Source of the DNA: Bdellovibrionota bacterium
GTDB taxonomy: Bacteria > Bdellovibrionota > UBA1018 > CAIPTA01 > JAALKR01
Assembly (NCBI GenBank): GCA_965207455.1
Contig: CBDBMJ010000003.1
Location: 192,001-256,000, forward strand
DNA length: 64,000 nucleotides
Reading direction: 5' to 3'
Below the pieces are notes generated by a model, which ran no database searches, was not told the origin of the DNA, and was given only the letters and a program-made list of their open reading frames with translations. Shown here one piece after another: positions 9,042 through 19,179 of the stretch. The position numbers and the translations under genes were made by a program. Numbering within the stretch: the stretch's first letter is position 1; each line of letters opens with the position of its first letter.

Positions 9042-10592
9042 CTATAGTTCTCCCTCAAGAGATTTCAGTATATTGAGTCGACCACCTGTAATTGTTTTAT
9101 CCTTCAAACTGGGAAGGCTGTCTGTGAACTTTAACAAACGTTCCCTTATTTCTAGATAAGTGGCATCTGGGTACTGCGACCAAAGTAGGGCCGCGGCACC
9201 TGCCACATGGGGTGCAGCCATAGATGTACCACTAAAGCTCTTATATTTTTCCCCAGGTACGGTGCTATAAACACCCACACCAGGTGCGGACAAGTGAACA
9301 GTCTTTAACCCGTAATCGGAGAAATTAGCCAGCCGATCCTTACTGTCGTTGGCTGCCACTGCAATAACGTTATCGAAATCCAAGCCATGGTTAGCTGGCC
9401 ACGATGATCTCCGATCATTGTTTCCGCCATCGTTACCTGCGGCTGCAATGAATAGTACGCCTTTTTCATGAGCATTTTTAATAGAACCTTCCAGCGCTGG
9501 ATCCTTTGGTCCCTTACCGCCCCAAGAGTTGGAAAGAACATTAGCTCCACGACTTACAGCATAGTTAATGGACTTAATTGCATTTACCGACGTTCCCTGA
9601 CCTCTGCTTGTTATAAACTTCAAGGCCATAATGGATACTCGCTGAGAAACACCTGAAATTCCCACTCCATTCTCACCTACAGCACCGATAACACCGGCAC
9701 AGTGGGTACCGTGCATATTATCGTCGAAGGGAAGATTGTCGTTATTCGTGAAATCCCATCCCACTACGTCTCCAACAACATCGGTGCCATCTGAGTTTAC
9801 TCCCGTTTCAGCAAAAGAACTTACGTTAGGATTTCTCCACATATTGAAAGCAATATCGGGATGATTATAGTCCACGCCTGTATCAATTACAGCCACAACC
9901 ACATCTTTAGATCCTTTGTTTATTTTCCATGCCTCGGTTGCTTGAATTTGACCCATTCCATACACGTTGCCCATGTTTGGATCTGCGCTAGCTTCTGGCT
10001 CCCCAGGTAGCGGTTCGATATCTGGACGATTTGGTGGTGGTCCGCCGCCGCCATCTTCACAACCCGGAGGAAAGGGAAAACCCGGAATCAGACAAGGTGG
10101 TTTTTCTCCTGGTGGTGGTGGGCTTCCGCCTCCATCATCGCAACCCGGAGGAAAGGGAAGACCTGGAATGGGACAGGGTATGCCTGCATGAGGTTCGTTT
10201 TCTTTTACCTCTATGGGAGATATTCTCCATATATAGTTGGGCTGGGCATATTCCACAGCTGGATTTTTTTCCAGTATTTCAATGAACTCTTCCACGCTGA
10301 ACTCTTCGTGGTTAAACGCTATGTGCTGCATTGTACCGTTTCTATTCATATCTTCAGGATTAGATATTTGATTAGCAAATAGCACACCCAAGCGATCATA
10401 CATATTGTTTGTAGACAGTAGAGAAAGGGTTTTGCTATTACGATACTTAACAATCACCTCTCCTTTTTTATATTCTCTATCGATAAAAGCCGACGCGTCG
10501 ACTCCCCACAAAAGCACAGCCATAATCATCCAGCCATGTAGTGCGCTTCCTTTCATAATGAACTTACTTATAGTTTTGATTTTCTTTGTCAT
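9042..10592 (-). CDS. Secreted subtilisin-like S8 serine protease, copy 1
   Basis: Signal peptide, prodomain (VEYAQPNY), catalytic triad VIDTG / HGTHCAG / GTSMAAPHVAG. Confidence 0.92.
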   Translation of the reverse strand: MTKKIKTISKFIMKGSALHGWMIMAVLLWGVDASAFIDREYKKGEVIVKYRNSKTLSLLSTNNMYDRLGVLFANQISNPEDMNRNGTMQHIAFNHEEFSVEEFIEILEKNPAVEYAQPNYIWRISPIEVKENEPHAGIPCPIPGLPFPPGCDDGGGSPPPPGEKPPCLIPGFPFPPGCEDGGGGPPPNRPDIEPLPGEPEASADPNMGNVYGMGQIQATEAWKINKGSKDVVVAVIDTGVDYNHPDIAFNMWRNPNVSSFAETGVNSDGTDVVGDVVGWDFTNNDNLPFDDNMHGTHCAGVIGAVGENGVGISGVSQRVSIMALKFITSRGQGTSVNAIKSINYAVSRGANVLSNSWGGKGPKDPALEGSIKNAHEKGVLFIAAAGNDGGNNDRRSSWPANHGLDFDNVIAVAANDSKDRLANFSDYGLKTVHLSAPGVGVYSTVPGEKYKSFSGTSMAAPHVAGAAALLWSQYPDATYLEIRERLLKFTDSLPSLKDKTITGGRLNILKSLEGEL

Positions 10593-10768
10593 AATAATCT
10601 CCTTATTATTATTTTTTTTTCTCTCAACTTTTATTAGGGACTATTTATACGAAGCGCTACAAGTTAAAAATACAAACAACCTCTGTGAAACCCTTACATT
10701 TTATATAATTATTTGCGCTGCATGGATTATAAAAAATACAATTGCGTACAGAGAGAAAACCCAGAAGC

Positions 10769-10819
10769 AAAAAAAAAGGCCCCAACCGCCCCAACTGTTA
10801 TTCAGTTTCGGTTGAGGCC
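10769..10819 (-). terminator. Rho-independent terminator of protease copy 2
   Basis: A9-GGCCCCAACCG...CGGTTGAGGCC hairpin, giving a T-run on the minus strand. Confidence 0.6.
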
Positions 10820-10853
10820 CACAGGATGGACTCCTAGTTACTGTTCTTGGGAT

Positions 10854-12398
10854 CTACAATTCTCCCTCAAGAGATTTCAGTATATTAAGTCGACCACCTG
10901 TAATTGTTTTATCTTTCAAACTAGGAATGCTGTCTGTGAACTTTAACAAACGCTCCTTTATTTCTAGATAACTGGCATCGGGGTAATGCGACCAAAGCAG
11001 GGCCGCTGCACCTGCCACATGGGGCGTGGCCATAGATGTACCGCTAAGACGCTTATATGTTTTTCCAGGTATGGTGCTATAAACAGCCACGCCAGGCGCA
11101 GACAAGTGCACAGCTTTCTTCCCGTAGTCAGAAAAACGTGCCAGCTTGTCCCGACTATCAGTGGCTGCCACCGAGATAACATTATCTAAATCCAAACCAT
11201 GGTTGGCTGGCCATGACGACTTTTGATCATTGTTTCCACCAGCGTTACCTGCAGCTGCAATGAACAGCACTCCTTTGTCACGAGCATTTTTAATAGATGC
11301 TTCCAGTGCCATGTCCTTTGATCCTCCAGTGCCCCAAGAGTTGGAAAGAATCTTAGCTCCACGACTTACAGCATAGTTAATGGACTTAATTGCGCCGGCT
11401 GTGGATCCTCGATTTCCTTTTGTTATAAATTTCAAGGCCATAATGGACACTCGCTGTGCAACGCCTGAGACTCCTATTCCGTTCTCGCCCACAGCACCAA
11501 TAATTCCAGCGCAGTGACTGCCGTGCATGTGATCGTCGAAGGGAAGATTGTCATTATTTATGAAATCCCATCCCACTACGTCGCCGACAATATCGCTACC
11601 GTCTGAATTTACTCCCGTTTGCATAAAAGAACTCGCTTTAGGATTCCTCCACATATTGAAAGCAAGGTCGGGATGATTGTAGTCCACGCCCGTATCAATC
11701 ACAGCCACAATCACATCCTTGGATCCTTTGTTTATCTTCCATGCCTCGGGCGCTTGAATTCGAGCCATTCCGTACACGTTGCCCATGTTTGGATCTGCAT
11801 CAGCTTCTGGCTCCCCAGGTAGCGGTTCGATATCTGGACGTTTCGGTGGTTGTCCTGGCCCTCCGCCGCCACCATCTTCACAACCCGGAGGAAAGGGAAG
11901 ACCCGGAATCAGACAAGGTGGTTTTTTTCCTGGTGGTGGTTGTTCTCCATCCTCGCAACCCGGGGGAAAGGGAATACCTGGAACTGGACAAGCCGCATAA
12001 GGCTTACTTTCCTCCACCTCTATGGGAGATACACTCCATATATAGTTAGGCTGGGCATACTCCACAGCTGGATTTTTTTCCAGTATTTCAATGAGTTCTT
12101 CCACACCGAACTCTTCGTGATTAAACGTTATGTGCTCCATCACACCGTTCATATTTGTATCTTCAGAATTAGATATACGATCAACGAACAGCACACCCAA
12201 GCGCTCATACATATTATGTATGGATGTTAGAGAAAGAGTATTGCTTTCACGATACTTAACAATTACCTCTCCTTTTTCATATTCTCTATCGACAAAAGCC
12301 GACGAGTCGACTCCCCATAAAAACATAGCCATAATTATCCAGCCATATAGTGCACTTCTTTTTATAATTAACTTATTTGTATTAATTTTCTTTTTCAT
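10854..12398 (-). CDS. Secreted subtilisin-like S8 serine protease, copy 2
   Basis: Close paralogue of 9042-10592; VIDTG / HGSHCAG / GTSMATPHVAG. Confidence 0.92.
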   Translation of the reverse strand: MKKKINTNKLIIKRSALYGWIIMAMFLWGVDSSAFVDREYEKGEVIVKYRESNTLSLTSIHNMYERLGVLFVDRISNSEDTNMNGVMEHITFNHEEFGVEELIEILEKNPAVEYAQPNYIWSVSPIEVEESKPYAACPVPGIPFPPGCEDGEQPPPGKKPPCLIPGLPFPPGCEDGGGGGPGQPPKRPDIEPLPGEPEADADPNMGNVYGMARIQAPEAWKINKGSKDVIVAVIDTGVDYNHPDLAFNMWRNPKASSFMQTGVNSDGSDIVGDVVGWDFINNDNLPFDDHMHGSHCAGIIGAVGENGIGVSGVAQRVSIMALKFITKGNRGSTAGAIKSINYAVSRGAKILSNSWGTGGSKDMALEASIKNARDKGVLFIAAAGNAGGNNDQKSSWPANHGLDLDNVISVAATDSRDKLARFSDYGKKAVHLSAPGVAVYSTIPGKTYKRLSGTSMATPHVAGAAALLWSHYPDASYLEIKERLLKFTDSIPSLKDKTITGGRLNILKSLEGEL

Positions 12399-12599
12399 AA
12401 TAACCTCCTTATTATTATTTGTTTTTATTGTTTACAGCTTTAATTAAGAACCCTTACATTGCGCATGACAAGTCAAAAGTACAAAAAACTCCTGTAAAAT
12501 CCTTGCATTTAATATAATTATCTATACCCTGAATGGATTGTAGAAAATACAGGCACACAGCACACAGAAGTACCCACCTGTTTTCCTGTATCTCCAAAC

Positions 12600-13248
12600 T
12601 ACTGTTGCGACCATTCCAAAACGACATATGCTTTCGAATCTGTTTGGCCTGTTGGAACTGCAGGCTATGGGAATGGGGGTCTCTCCATTACCCTTCCCCT
12701 ACGAGAGGAGGATGGAAATGGAAATAACTTTGAATACGAGTTCACTGTTTATTGGGGAGATGGTTCAGCGCCTCAGACAATCAATGCTTATAGTGCCACC
12801 ATCACTCACACCGATGCAAGTGCAGGGGACTACCTAGTTCAAATAACAGGCTCAAAGTTTCCAACTTTGGAATTTCGTGAGGCAAAAGATAAAGATAAAA
12901 TCATTGAAGTAAAAAACCTTGGAGACGTGGGCTGGAAAAGTTTTCGTAATGCTTTTTGGCTTTGTAAAAAGCTCAGCAAATTCACTTCTGGCAATACGGA
13001 CACCTCTCAAGTAACGAACATGAGTTCCATGTTTTCTGGCGCTCTTAGTTTAATCTCGCTTGATTTATCTGCTTGGAATGTGGGTAGTCTCACATCTGCA
13101 TCTGATATGTTTAAAGATACTTACCGTAACCTGGGGAGATAGTTTCACTGGTATTACTGGCGAGATGATCTTTACTGGCAGTAATCCTGATGTAACTATA
13201 ACTTGTTCTGTTAGTGGGGCCAATTTTTTTGAGAGAACCTGTAATTAG
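12600..13248 (+). pseudogene. 5'-truncated, frameshifted BspA/DUF285 surface-protein remnant with PKD-like segment
   Basis: Frame open from 12513 to 13142 without a start until 12867: AFESVWPVG..ITLPL..YEFTVYWGDG..GDYLVQITG..NLGDVGWKSF..DTSQVTNMSSMF..LDLSAWNV. Apparent C-terminus continues in another frame to 13248. Confidence 0.7.
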
Positions 13249-13407
13249 ATTATTGTAACGGATTATTTTTCTACACACGGTACTAGCGCTCCGATAAAGT
13301 GGTTTTTAATACTATTTCTTGTTTCTGTGGCGAAAATTCTCTTCGTTTCACAAATTGATTAAAGAATCCTTGGCCATCACCCGAAATCTTTATAGAGGTT
13401 CCGTTTC

Positions 13408-14835
13408 ATGCGCTTTATTATTTTTTTTCTTTCTTGTTTTGTCTTCCAAGCAAATGCTCAAACAGCTTGGAGCAAGGATTTTCATTTGTGTTTTTTCACC
13501 ATGAATAACGCCAAAGAATACAGAGTGGCTAAAAAGTTTTTTCAAAAAATTACAAAAACATATCCAAAACTACGCTTCCATGTAAAAGAGTTTCTGCCCT
13601 ACGGGGAGTATGCTCAATCGGGCTTCCGTAAGCTCTTGGACGAGGAGCATCCCTGCGACGGTTTAGTGTTATCGGGTCACCATCGAGCTCAGGGTTTTGA
13701 GGGAGAGCGTAGCGTGGGATACTTGCCCATACAACAATTAGAGCGATGGAGTTGCAGCGAGCGCTACCGCCCATGGTTTCATGGAATTAAAGCCATCTGG
13801 CTCCAGGGCTGCGCCACTGGGGCACCTTCTTGGGAGGAAAAGGGAAACTTCACCCGCGCCTATCAATTAATTTTTCCCAACGCAACCTTATTTACTTGGA
13901 GCGGGAGCGCACCCTCAGGTGTTGCTCACAAAACAATCCCCTATCATATAAAAAATCTGGAAACATTCTCTCAAAAATCAGAAAGCGTGGCCATAAAAAA
14001 TTTATTTCTAGGGAAGGACAGGACCACGGGAAAGGAAGCATGGCTGGCCCTTCGCCATCCCGTCTCCAATGAAAAATTTTTCAGCATTCATAATAAAACA
14101 GCTCAATCCTTCCTTCCCCGATCAGGCGCCAATGGGGAAAGGGAACTCACCTGCACTCTTTCTAGAAACAGCACTGTGGAAGAACGCTTTTCAAAAATTC
14201 GTAATTTATTTCATAAGCCAGAAATATTTCGACGACAGATGGGAAGGATTTTATCAGAGTTAAACTTGGCGAAAAAAAAATATCCCTCATACTACAGGAT
14301 TCTTATTGAGGAATTATCTTCACCTAGAAACATGGCTACTTTTGAAAAAATATGGAACAAAAAAATGGGAATTACGGAGCGCTTGCAGTTCTATCATTTT
14401 TATGTAGGAATCAACCAAGTGCACAATAAAAAGTGGAAATATTATTTACAAAAAAAAGCTCTCCAAGTATTTTCCAGTACGCTCAAGCACCTAGACCATG
14501 TGGAGCGAAAACACTGGAGAAGGAAAGTATCAGAAATACTACTAACAAAGTTTGAAGACAACACGATATTGCTGGATCCCAACAATCTTAAGACTATTGA
14601 AAACAATGAAGCTCTGTTAGCCTTATTAAAAGCCATGTTCCAAAGAAAAGAGTCCATCCTCGCCCAAGAAATTATTTATTCTATCTTAGAAAATCCCTTT
14701 ATCAACAGTAAAGTGCTCTACCAAGTTGCCTGGCAAACCAGGATCATGGGAACCTATAATCTTGAATACTTGTGGGGTATTATCACTAAACATGCCAAAG
14801 TAAACGACAAAATCATGGAGCTAGCTTTAGAATAA
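13408..14835 (+). CDS. Hypothetical secreted protein, possible caspase/CHAT-like His-Cys domain
   Basis: Signal peptide (FQANA); motifs GLVLSGHH and AIWLQGCATG; helical C-terminal half. Confidence 0.65.
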   Translation: MRFIIFFLSCFVFQANAQTAWSKDFHLCFFTMNNAKEYRVAKKFFQKITKTYPKLRFHVKEFLPYGEYAQSGFRKLLDEEHPCDGLVLSGHHRAQGFEGERSVGYLPIQQLERWSCSERYRPWFHGIKAIWLQGCATGAPSWEEKGNFTRAYQLIFPNATLFTWSGSAPSGVAHKTIPYHIKNLETFSQKSESVAIKNLFLGKDRTTGKEAWLALRHPVSNEKFFSIHNKTAQSFLPRSGANGERELTCTLSRNSTVEERFSKIRNLFHKPEIFRRQMGRILSELNLAKKKYPSYYRILIEELSSPRNMATFEKIWNKKMGITERLQFYHFYVGINQVHNKKWKYYLQKKALQVFSSTLKHLDHVERKHWRRKVSEILLTKFEDNTILLDPNNLKTIENNEALLALLKAMFQRKESILAQEIIYSILENPFINSKVLYQVAWQTRIMGTYNLEYLWGIITKHAKVNDKIMELALE

Positions 14836-14839
14836 AACC

Positions 14840-15481
14840 ATGCTAAATAGTATAAGAAAAAGAAAAACGTACTTAGAAATAGGCATTGCTGTACTTCTCT
14901 TACTCATTGTTATTACTCTATGCAAGCATGCCGGCGATGACTTGTATGATTACAAATATAGTAAAGATTCCACGCGATTTAACTCCTCTACTGTTATTGT
15001 TTGCTTAGCTGGAGGCAAAGGGCGGGTAACTGCGGCTATTAAACTCTATAACCAAGGCGTGGGGAAATCACTATTAATTATTGGCGTAGGCCCCCAGACC
15101 ACTCGAGAATCTATTATCAATAATTTATCCACAAGTATTAGGGAGCACTTAACTCCGGAGAGATTAGCAAATATCATAGTGGAAAACCAATCAAAAAATA
15201 CAATAGAAAATGCTCGTGCCCTTCAGCATCTCTTTGGCCAAACAAAAGACACGCAAAGCATAGTGCTAGTAACTTCCGGCTATCATATAAAGCGCGCCTT
15301 ACTTATTCTAAAAGAAACCCTACCTCAAACAGTAAGTATATATCCTTATATTCCCAGCGACACCCTAGACATGACTCCTGAAAATTGGTTTTACTCCTTC
15401 TATGGCATTAAAGTGACTATGATAGAAACGGCCAAGCTCCTTCTCACCAGCCTATCCTTCTCCCTATTGAAGACTCTATAA
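14840..15481 (+). CDS. YdcF/DUF218 family membrane-anchored protein
   Basis: IVCLAGG, ENQSKNTIENA, LVTSGYHIKRA. Confidence 0.85.
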   Translation: MLNSIRKRKTYLEIGIAVLLLLIVITLCKHAGDDLYDYKYSKDSTRFNSSTVIVCLAGGKGRVTAAIKLYNQGVGKSLLIIGVGPQTTRESIINNLSTSIREHLTPERLANIIVENQSKNTIENARALQHLFGQTKDTQSIVLVTSGYHIKRALLILKETLPQTVSIYPYIPSDTLDMTPENWFYSFYGIKVTMIETAKLLLTSLSFSLLKTL

Positions 15482-15482
15482 A

Positions 15483-17663
15483 TTAAGTTTGTATTCTTTC
15501 CACACTAATAATGCCCGCCTTTCTCTCCAATGAAGAGATGAGATGGTTTAATTGCTCAACATTTTTTATCATAACTTCAAAAATACAGACGGCTTGACTT
15601 TCTTTTGTGGTTTGTACCGTAGCCTGAGAAATATTTACATTATCTGCGCTAATAGATTTTGTCATCTCCGCTAGTAACCCGGGCGTATCTTCACAGTATA
15701 CCTTTATTTTCACATTACGGTAAAAGGAACGAGGCGCGCCATCGGCTCCTTTCATATTCCATTCCACATAAATTTTACGATCTTGATTACCCTCCATACC
15801 CTTTGCGCATTTTGCAGTATGTACGGTGACCCCTCTGCCCCTTGTAATAAAACCAAAAATGGAATCTCCCGGAATGGGACTGCAACATTTTCCAAATCGA
15901 ATAAGTACATTGTCCACTCCGTCCACTGTAACCGCATTTCGAGCTTCACTTTTCTTAGTGGCCGAATCTAAAACTTTTTGAAAAAAACTTTGTTCTCTCT
16001 CTGTTTCATTTGTTTTTTCATCTATTAGAGCGGCAGGAATTATCTTTTGTACGGCTTCCTTTCCAATAATGCGACCAAAACCAATCTTCACATATAAACT
16101 CTCAATGTTATTACAACTCAAATCGGGAAGCGCCTTGGTTATTTCCCCCGATTTTAACATTCTCTCCAAGGTGAGTTTATACCTGCGAAACTCCCGATCA
16201 AGAATCTCTTTGCCAATCTCTTGAGCTTTTTCACGCTCCTCCTGCTTGAAATAGTACCGGAGCTTAGACATAGCCTTGCTGCTTCGTACAACCTTTAACC
16301 AATCCTTGCTGGGCTTTTGTGTTTTAGAGGTAATAATAGATACAGTGTCTCCGCTACATAAATTATAACGTAAAGAAACCATTTTCCCATTTACTTTTGC
16401 TCCTGTACAGGCGTGCCCCACGTCGGTATGAACAGAATAAGCAAAATCAATGGGCGTGGACCCTGCCACTAACTCCTTCACCTGCCCCTTAGGCGTAAAC
16501 ACATAAACCCCCACATCATAAAGATTCATGCGCACAGATTCAAGGAACTCGTTGGGATCTTTTAAATTTTGATGGGCCTCCATCAAACGATTTAACCAAT
16601 CCATGTGTAGCTTATTTTCCGAATGCCCTTCCTTATATTTCCAGTGAGCTGCCACTCCAGAACGGGAAATTTCATACATCTCATGGGTACATATTTGAAT
16701 CTCTAGGCGCTCTCCAGAGGAACCAATTACCGTAGTATGCAATGCTTGGTAGTTATTGGGCTTTGGCATAGCAATATAATCCTTAAATCTGCCTGCCACT
16801 GGCTTAAAAGCAGAATGGATCACGCCCAGGGACTTATAACATTCAGTAATGTTATCCACCACAATACGAAAAGCAATAATATCATTGATACTTTCCGGAG
16901 GAATATTATTGGATTCCATTTTTTTATAAATAGAATAAATATGCTTGAGTCGGCCTGAGAATTTTGCATCAATTCTATACTCTTCTAATGCTTCCTGAAT
17001 ATAGCTTTTTACCTTTTCCATATAAACATCACGCTTAGCTTTATGATTCACCATAAATGTTTCAATCTTTTGATACATCTCTGGCTTCAAGTAGCGCAAA
17101 CATAAATCCTCTAATTCAACCTTCATCCATTCAATTCCCAGTCGGTTTGCTAGAGGCGCATAAATATCTAAAGTCTCTTCTGCAATGGCTCTTTGCTTAT
17201 TTTCTGGTAAATGCTCTAACGTCTGCATATTATGTGTGCGGTCAGCTAACTTCACAAGAATTACCCTAAGGTCTTTTGCCACAGCCACAATCATTTTACG
17301 AAAGTTTTCCGCTTGCTTTTCTTCCGTAGTTCGGAAATTAATCCGGGAAATTTTTGTGACTGCATCCACTAAAAAGGATATGGAAGGACCAAACAAACTC
17401 TCTATCTCTTCTAAATCTGCCTCAGTGTCTTCAACTGTATCATGGAGTAAACCCGTGATAATGGAATCCAAATCCAATCGGAGTTCCGCTAAAATTATAG
17501 CCACGCTAATAGGATGAATAATATAATCTTCCCCACTGTGGCGCTTTTGTCCTCTGTGTTTGTCGCTAGCAAACTGAAAGGCTTTTTTCACAAGCTTCAA
17601 GTTAACTTCTGGATAATAATCCAAAAGTTTTTTTTCCAATATGGCAAAAGAAGCTGCTGGCAT
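15483..17663 (-). CDS. spoT: Bifunctional (p)ppGpp synthetase/hydrolase Rel/SpoT
   Basis: HD motif LLHDTVED, VKLADRTHN, KDYIAMPKPNNYQALH, TGS domain (DFAYSVHT) and ACT domain. Confidence 0.95.
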   Translation of the reverse strand: MPAASFAILEKKLLDYYPEVNLKLVKKAFQFASDKHRGQKRHSGEDYIIHPISVAIILAELRLDLDSIITGLLHDTVEDTEADLEEIESLFGPSISFLVDAVTKISRINFRTTEEKQAENFRKMIVAVAKDLRVILVKLADRTHNMQTLEHLPENKQRAIAEETLDIYAPLANRLGIEWMKVELEDLCLRYLKPEMYQKIETFMVNHKAKRDVYMEKVKSYIQEALEEYRIDAKFSGRLKHIYSIYKKMESNNIPPESINDIIAFRIVVDNITECYKSLGVIHSAFKPVAGRFKDYIAMPKPNNYQALHTTVIGSSGERLEIQICTHEMYEISRSGVAAHWKYKEGHSENKLHMDWLNRLMEAHQNLKDPNEFLESVRMNLYDVGVYVFTPKGQVKELVAGSTPIDFAYSVHTDVGHACTGAKVNGKMVSLRYNLCSGDTVSIITSKTQKPSKDWLKVVRSSKAMSKLRYYFKQEEREKAQEIGKEILDREFRRYKLTLERMLKSGEITKALPDLSCNNIESLYVKIGFGRIIGKEAVQKIIPAALIDEKTNETEREQSFFQKVLDSATKKSEARNAVTVDGVDNVLIRFGKCCSPIPGDSIFGFITRGRGVTVHTAKCAKGMEGNQDRKIYVEWNMKGADGAPRSFYRNVKIKVYCEDTPGLLAEMTKSISADNVNISQATVQTTKESQAVCIFEVMIKNVEQLNHLISSLERKAGIISVERIQT

Positions 17664-17664
17664 A

Positions 17665-18261
17665 TTACAACTTCTCCACTGTACTTGTTGCGGCTATCAA
17701 AAAATTGCATATTTCCAAAAATGTTTTATCTAAATTGTGGTTAGTAACCACAAAATCAAATTCATCTTTATGGAAAATTTCTTCTTGAGCAGCCAAAAGC
17801 CGCTTTTCTATCACCTCTGCCGTATCCATGGAACGAGCTACCAAACGCTGCCTTAGTACCTCCATGCTAGGAGGAAGAATGAAAATACTGATAAGCTCTT
17901 TAGCAAATATTTGCTGCAAGCTCTGCACCCCTTGAACGTCTATATCGAATAGAACAATTTTTTCTTTCTTTCTTTCTGCTTCCAAACGCAATAGGCTTGT
18001 ACCATAGTCATGCTCATGTACAGTAGCCCACTCCAAAAAATAGCCATTCTCCCTCATCTCTTTAAACTCTTCTTTTGTAATAAAAAAATAATCTTCTCCA
18101 TCTTCCTCTTCTCCCCTGGGCGGCCTCGACGTATGAGAAATGGAAAGAGAAAGATTTGCGTATTTTTCCAAGAGCATGGAACAAATAGTAGTCTTCCCAG
18201 CGCCACTGGGGGCTGCAATAGCAATATAGAATTTTTTATTGTGAATAGATAAACTAGCCAT
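17665..18261 (-). CDS. gmk: Guanylate kinase
   Basis: APSGAGKTT, SHTSRPPR, GEDYFF, DIDVQG. Confidence 0.95.
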   Translation of the reverse strand: MASLSIHNKKFYIAIAAPSGAGKTTICSMLLEKYANLSLSISHTSRPPRGEEEDGEDYFFITKEEFKEMRENGYFLEWATVHEHDYGTSLLRLEAERKKEKIVLFDIDVQGVQSLQQIFAKELISIFILPPSMEVLRQRLVARSMDTAEVIEKRLLAAQEEIFHKDEFDFVVTNHNLDKTFLEICNFLIAATSTVEKL

Positions 18262-18263
18262 GA

Positions 18264-19169
18264 TTACTCCAAATTCTGTATTTGCTCCCGAATTTTGTCC
18301 AAGCCAAGCCTCACCTCTATACTACGATTCGTAATTTCAATTTCTCCCGCTTTGGCTCCCAAGGTATTGGCTTCTCTCATTATTTCCTGCACAAGAAAAT
18401 CTAAGCGTTTTCCAAGAGCACTTTTTTCATTTTTCACCAGTAAACCTTGAAACTGACTCAAATGACTGTCTATGCGATCCAACTCCTCACTAATATCACT
18501 ACGATCCACATAATAGGCCACCTCCTGCAAAAGCCGGGATTCATCCAATTTTGCATTTATAAATTGAGGTAATTTTTGAATTCGAAGGTGTAGACGATCT
18601 TCCATTCGTTTACGAACACCACTAGCTAAAGTTTTAATCTCTTTCATGTACCTGGTAATTTCATGAAGCTCTTTCTGTAAAACTTTTACAATGGCTTCCC
18701 CTTCTTTACAACGCATTTGAAGGAGCTCCACAATAGCTTCTTCCAAAGCTTTGTCCAAGAGCTCAAAAATTTCTTTTGTTTCATCCTCTGCTCGAGGTGC
18801 TTCTTCCGTAATAAATGTGTTCGGCAAACGAAGCAAACTACTCACACTCAAGCCGCTGGGAATGCCCAATTTTTTAGCAATAGTTCCTATGCTCTCGGAA
18901 TAGGTGGCAACAGAGGACTCGTTTATGGGAGTAATAAGACTTGGGTCTAGGATTTTATGGTAAACATAAACTTCAATCGTGCCTCTCTCAATAGACGTGC
19001 GCAGCCTTTTCTTTAAGGCATACTCCCAGACGGAAAGAACTCGAGGCAGTTTTGCACGCAAGTCGAAATGTTTTCCGTTGACTGTCTTGAGTTCAACTTG
19101 AACTTGGAATTTGGAAGAGACTTTAGTACCACGACCAAAACCCGTCATGGAATAAATTTTTGAATCCAC
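18264..19169 (-). CDS. yicC: YicC/YloC family endoribonuclease
   Basis: SMTGFGR, DISEELDR, GKRLDFLVQEIMREANT, REQIQNLE. Confidence 0.93.
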   Translation of the reverse strand: MDSKIYSMTGFGRGTKVSSKFQVQVELKTVNGKHFDLRAKLPRVLSVWEYALKKRLRTSIERGTIEVYVYHKILDPSLITPINESSVATYSESIGTIAKKLGIPSGLSVSSLLRLPNTFITEEAPRAEDETKEIFELLDKALEEAIVELLQMRCKEGEAIVKVLQKELHEITRYMKEIKTLASGVRKRMEDRLHLRIQKLPQFINAKLDESRLLQEVAYYVDRSDISEELDRIDSHLSQFQGLLVKNEKSALGKRLDFLVQEIMREANTLGAKAGEIEITNRSIEVRLGLDKIREQIQNLE

Positions 19170-19179
19170 AGGTCATCTC

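Noticed and set aside
10405..10946. Plus-strand ORFs between the proteases
   Set aside because: Antisense or low-complexity frames over the signal peptide, promoter and terminator; no RBS or protein-like features.
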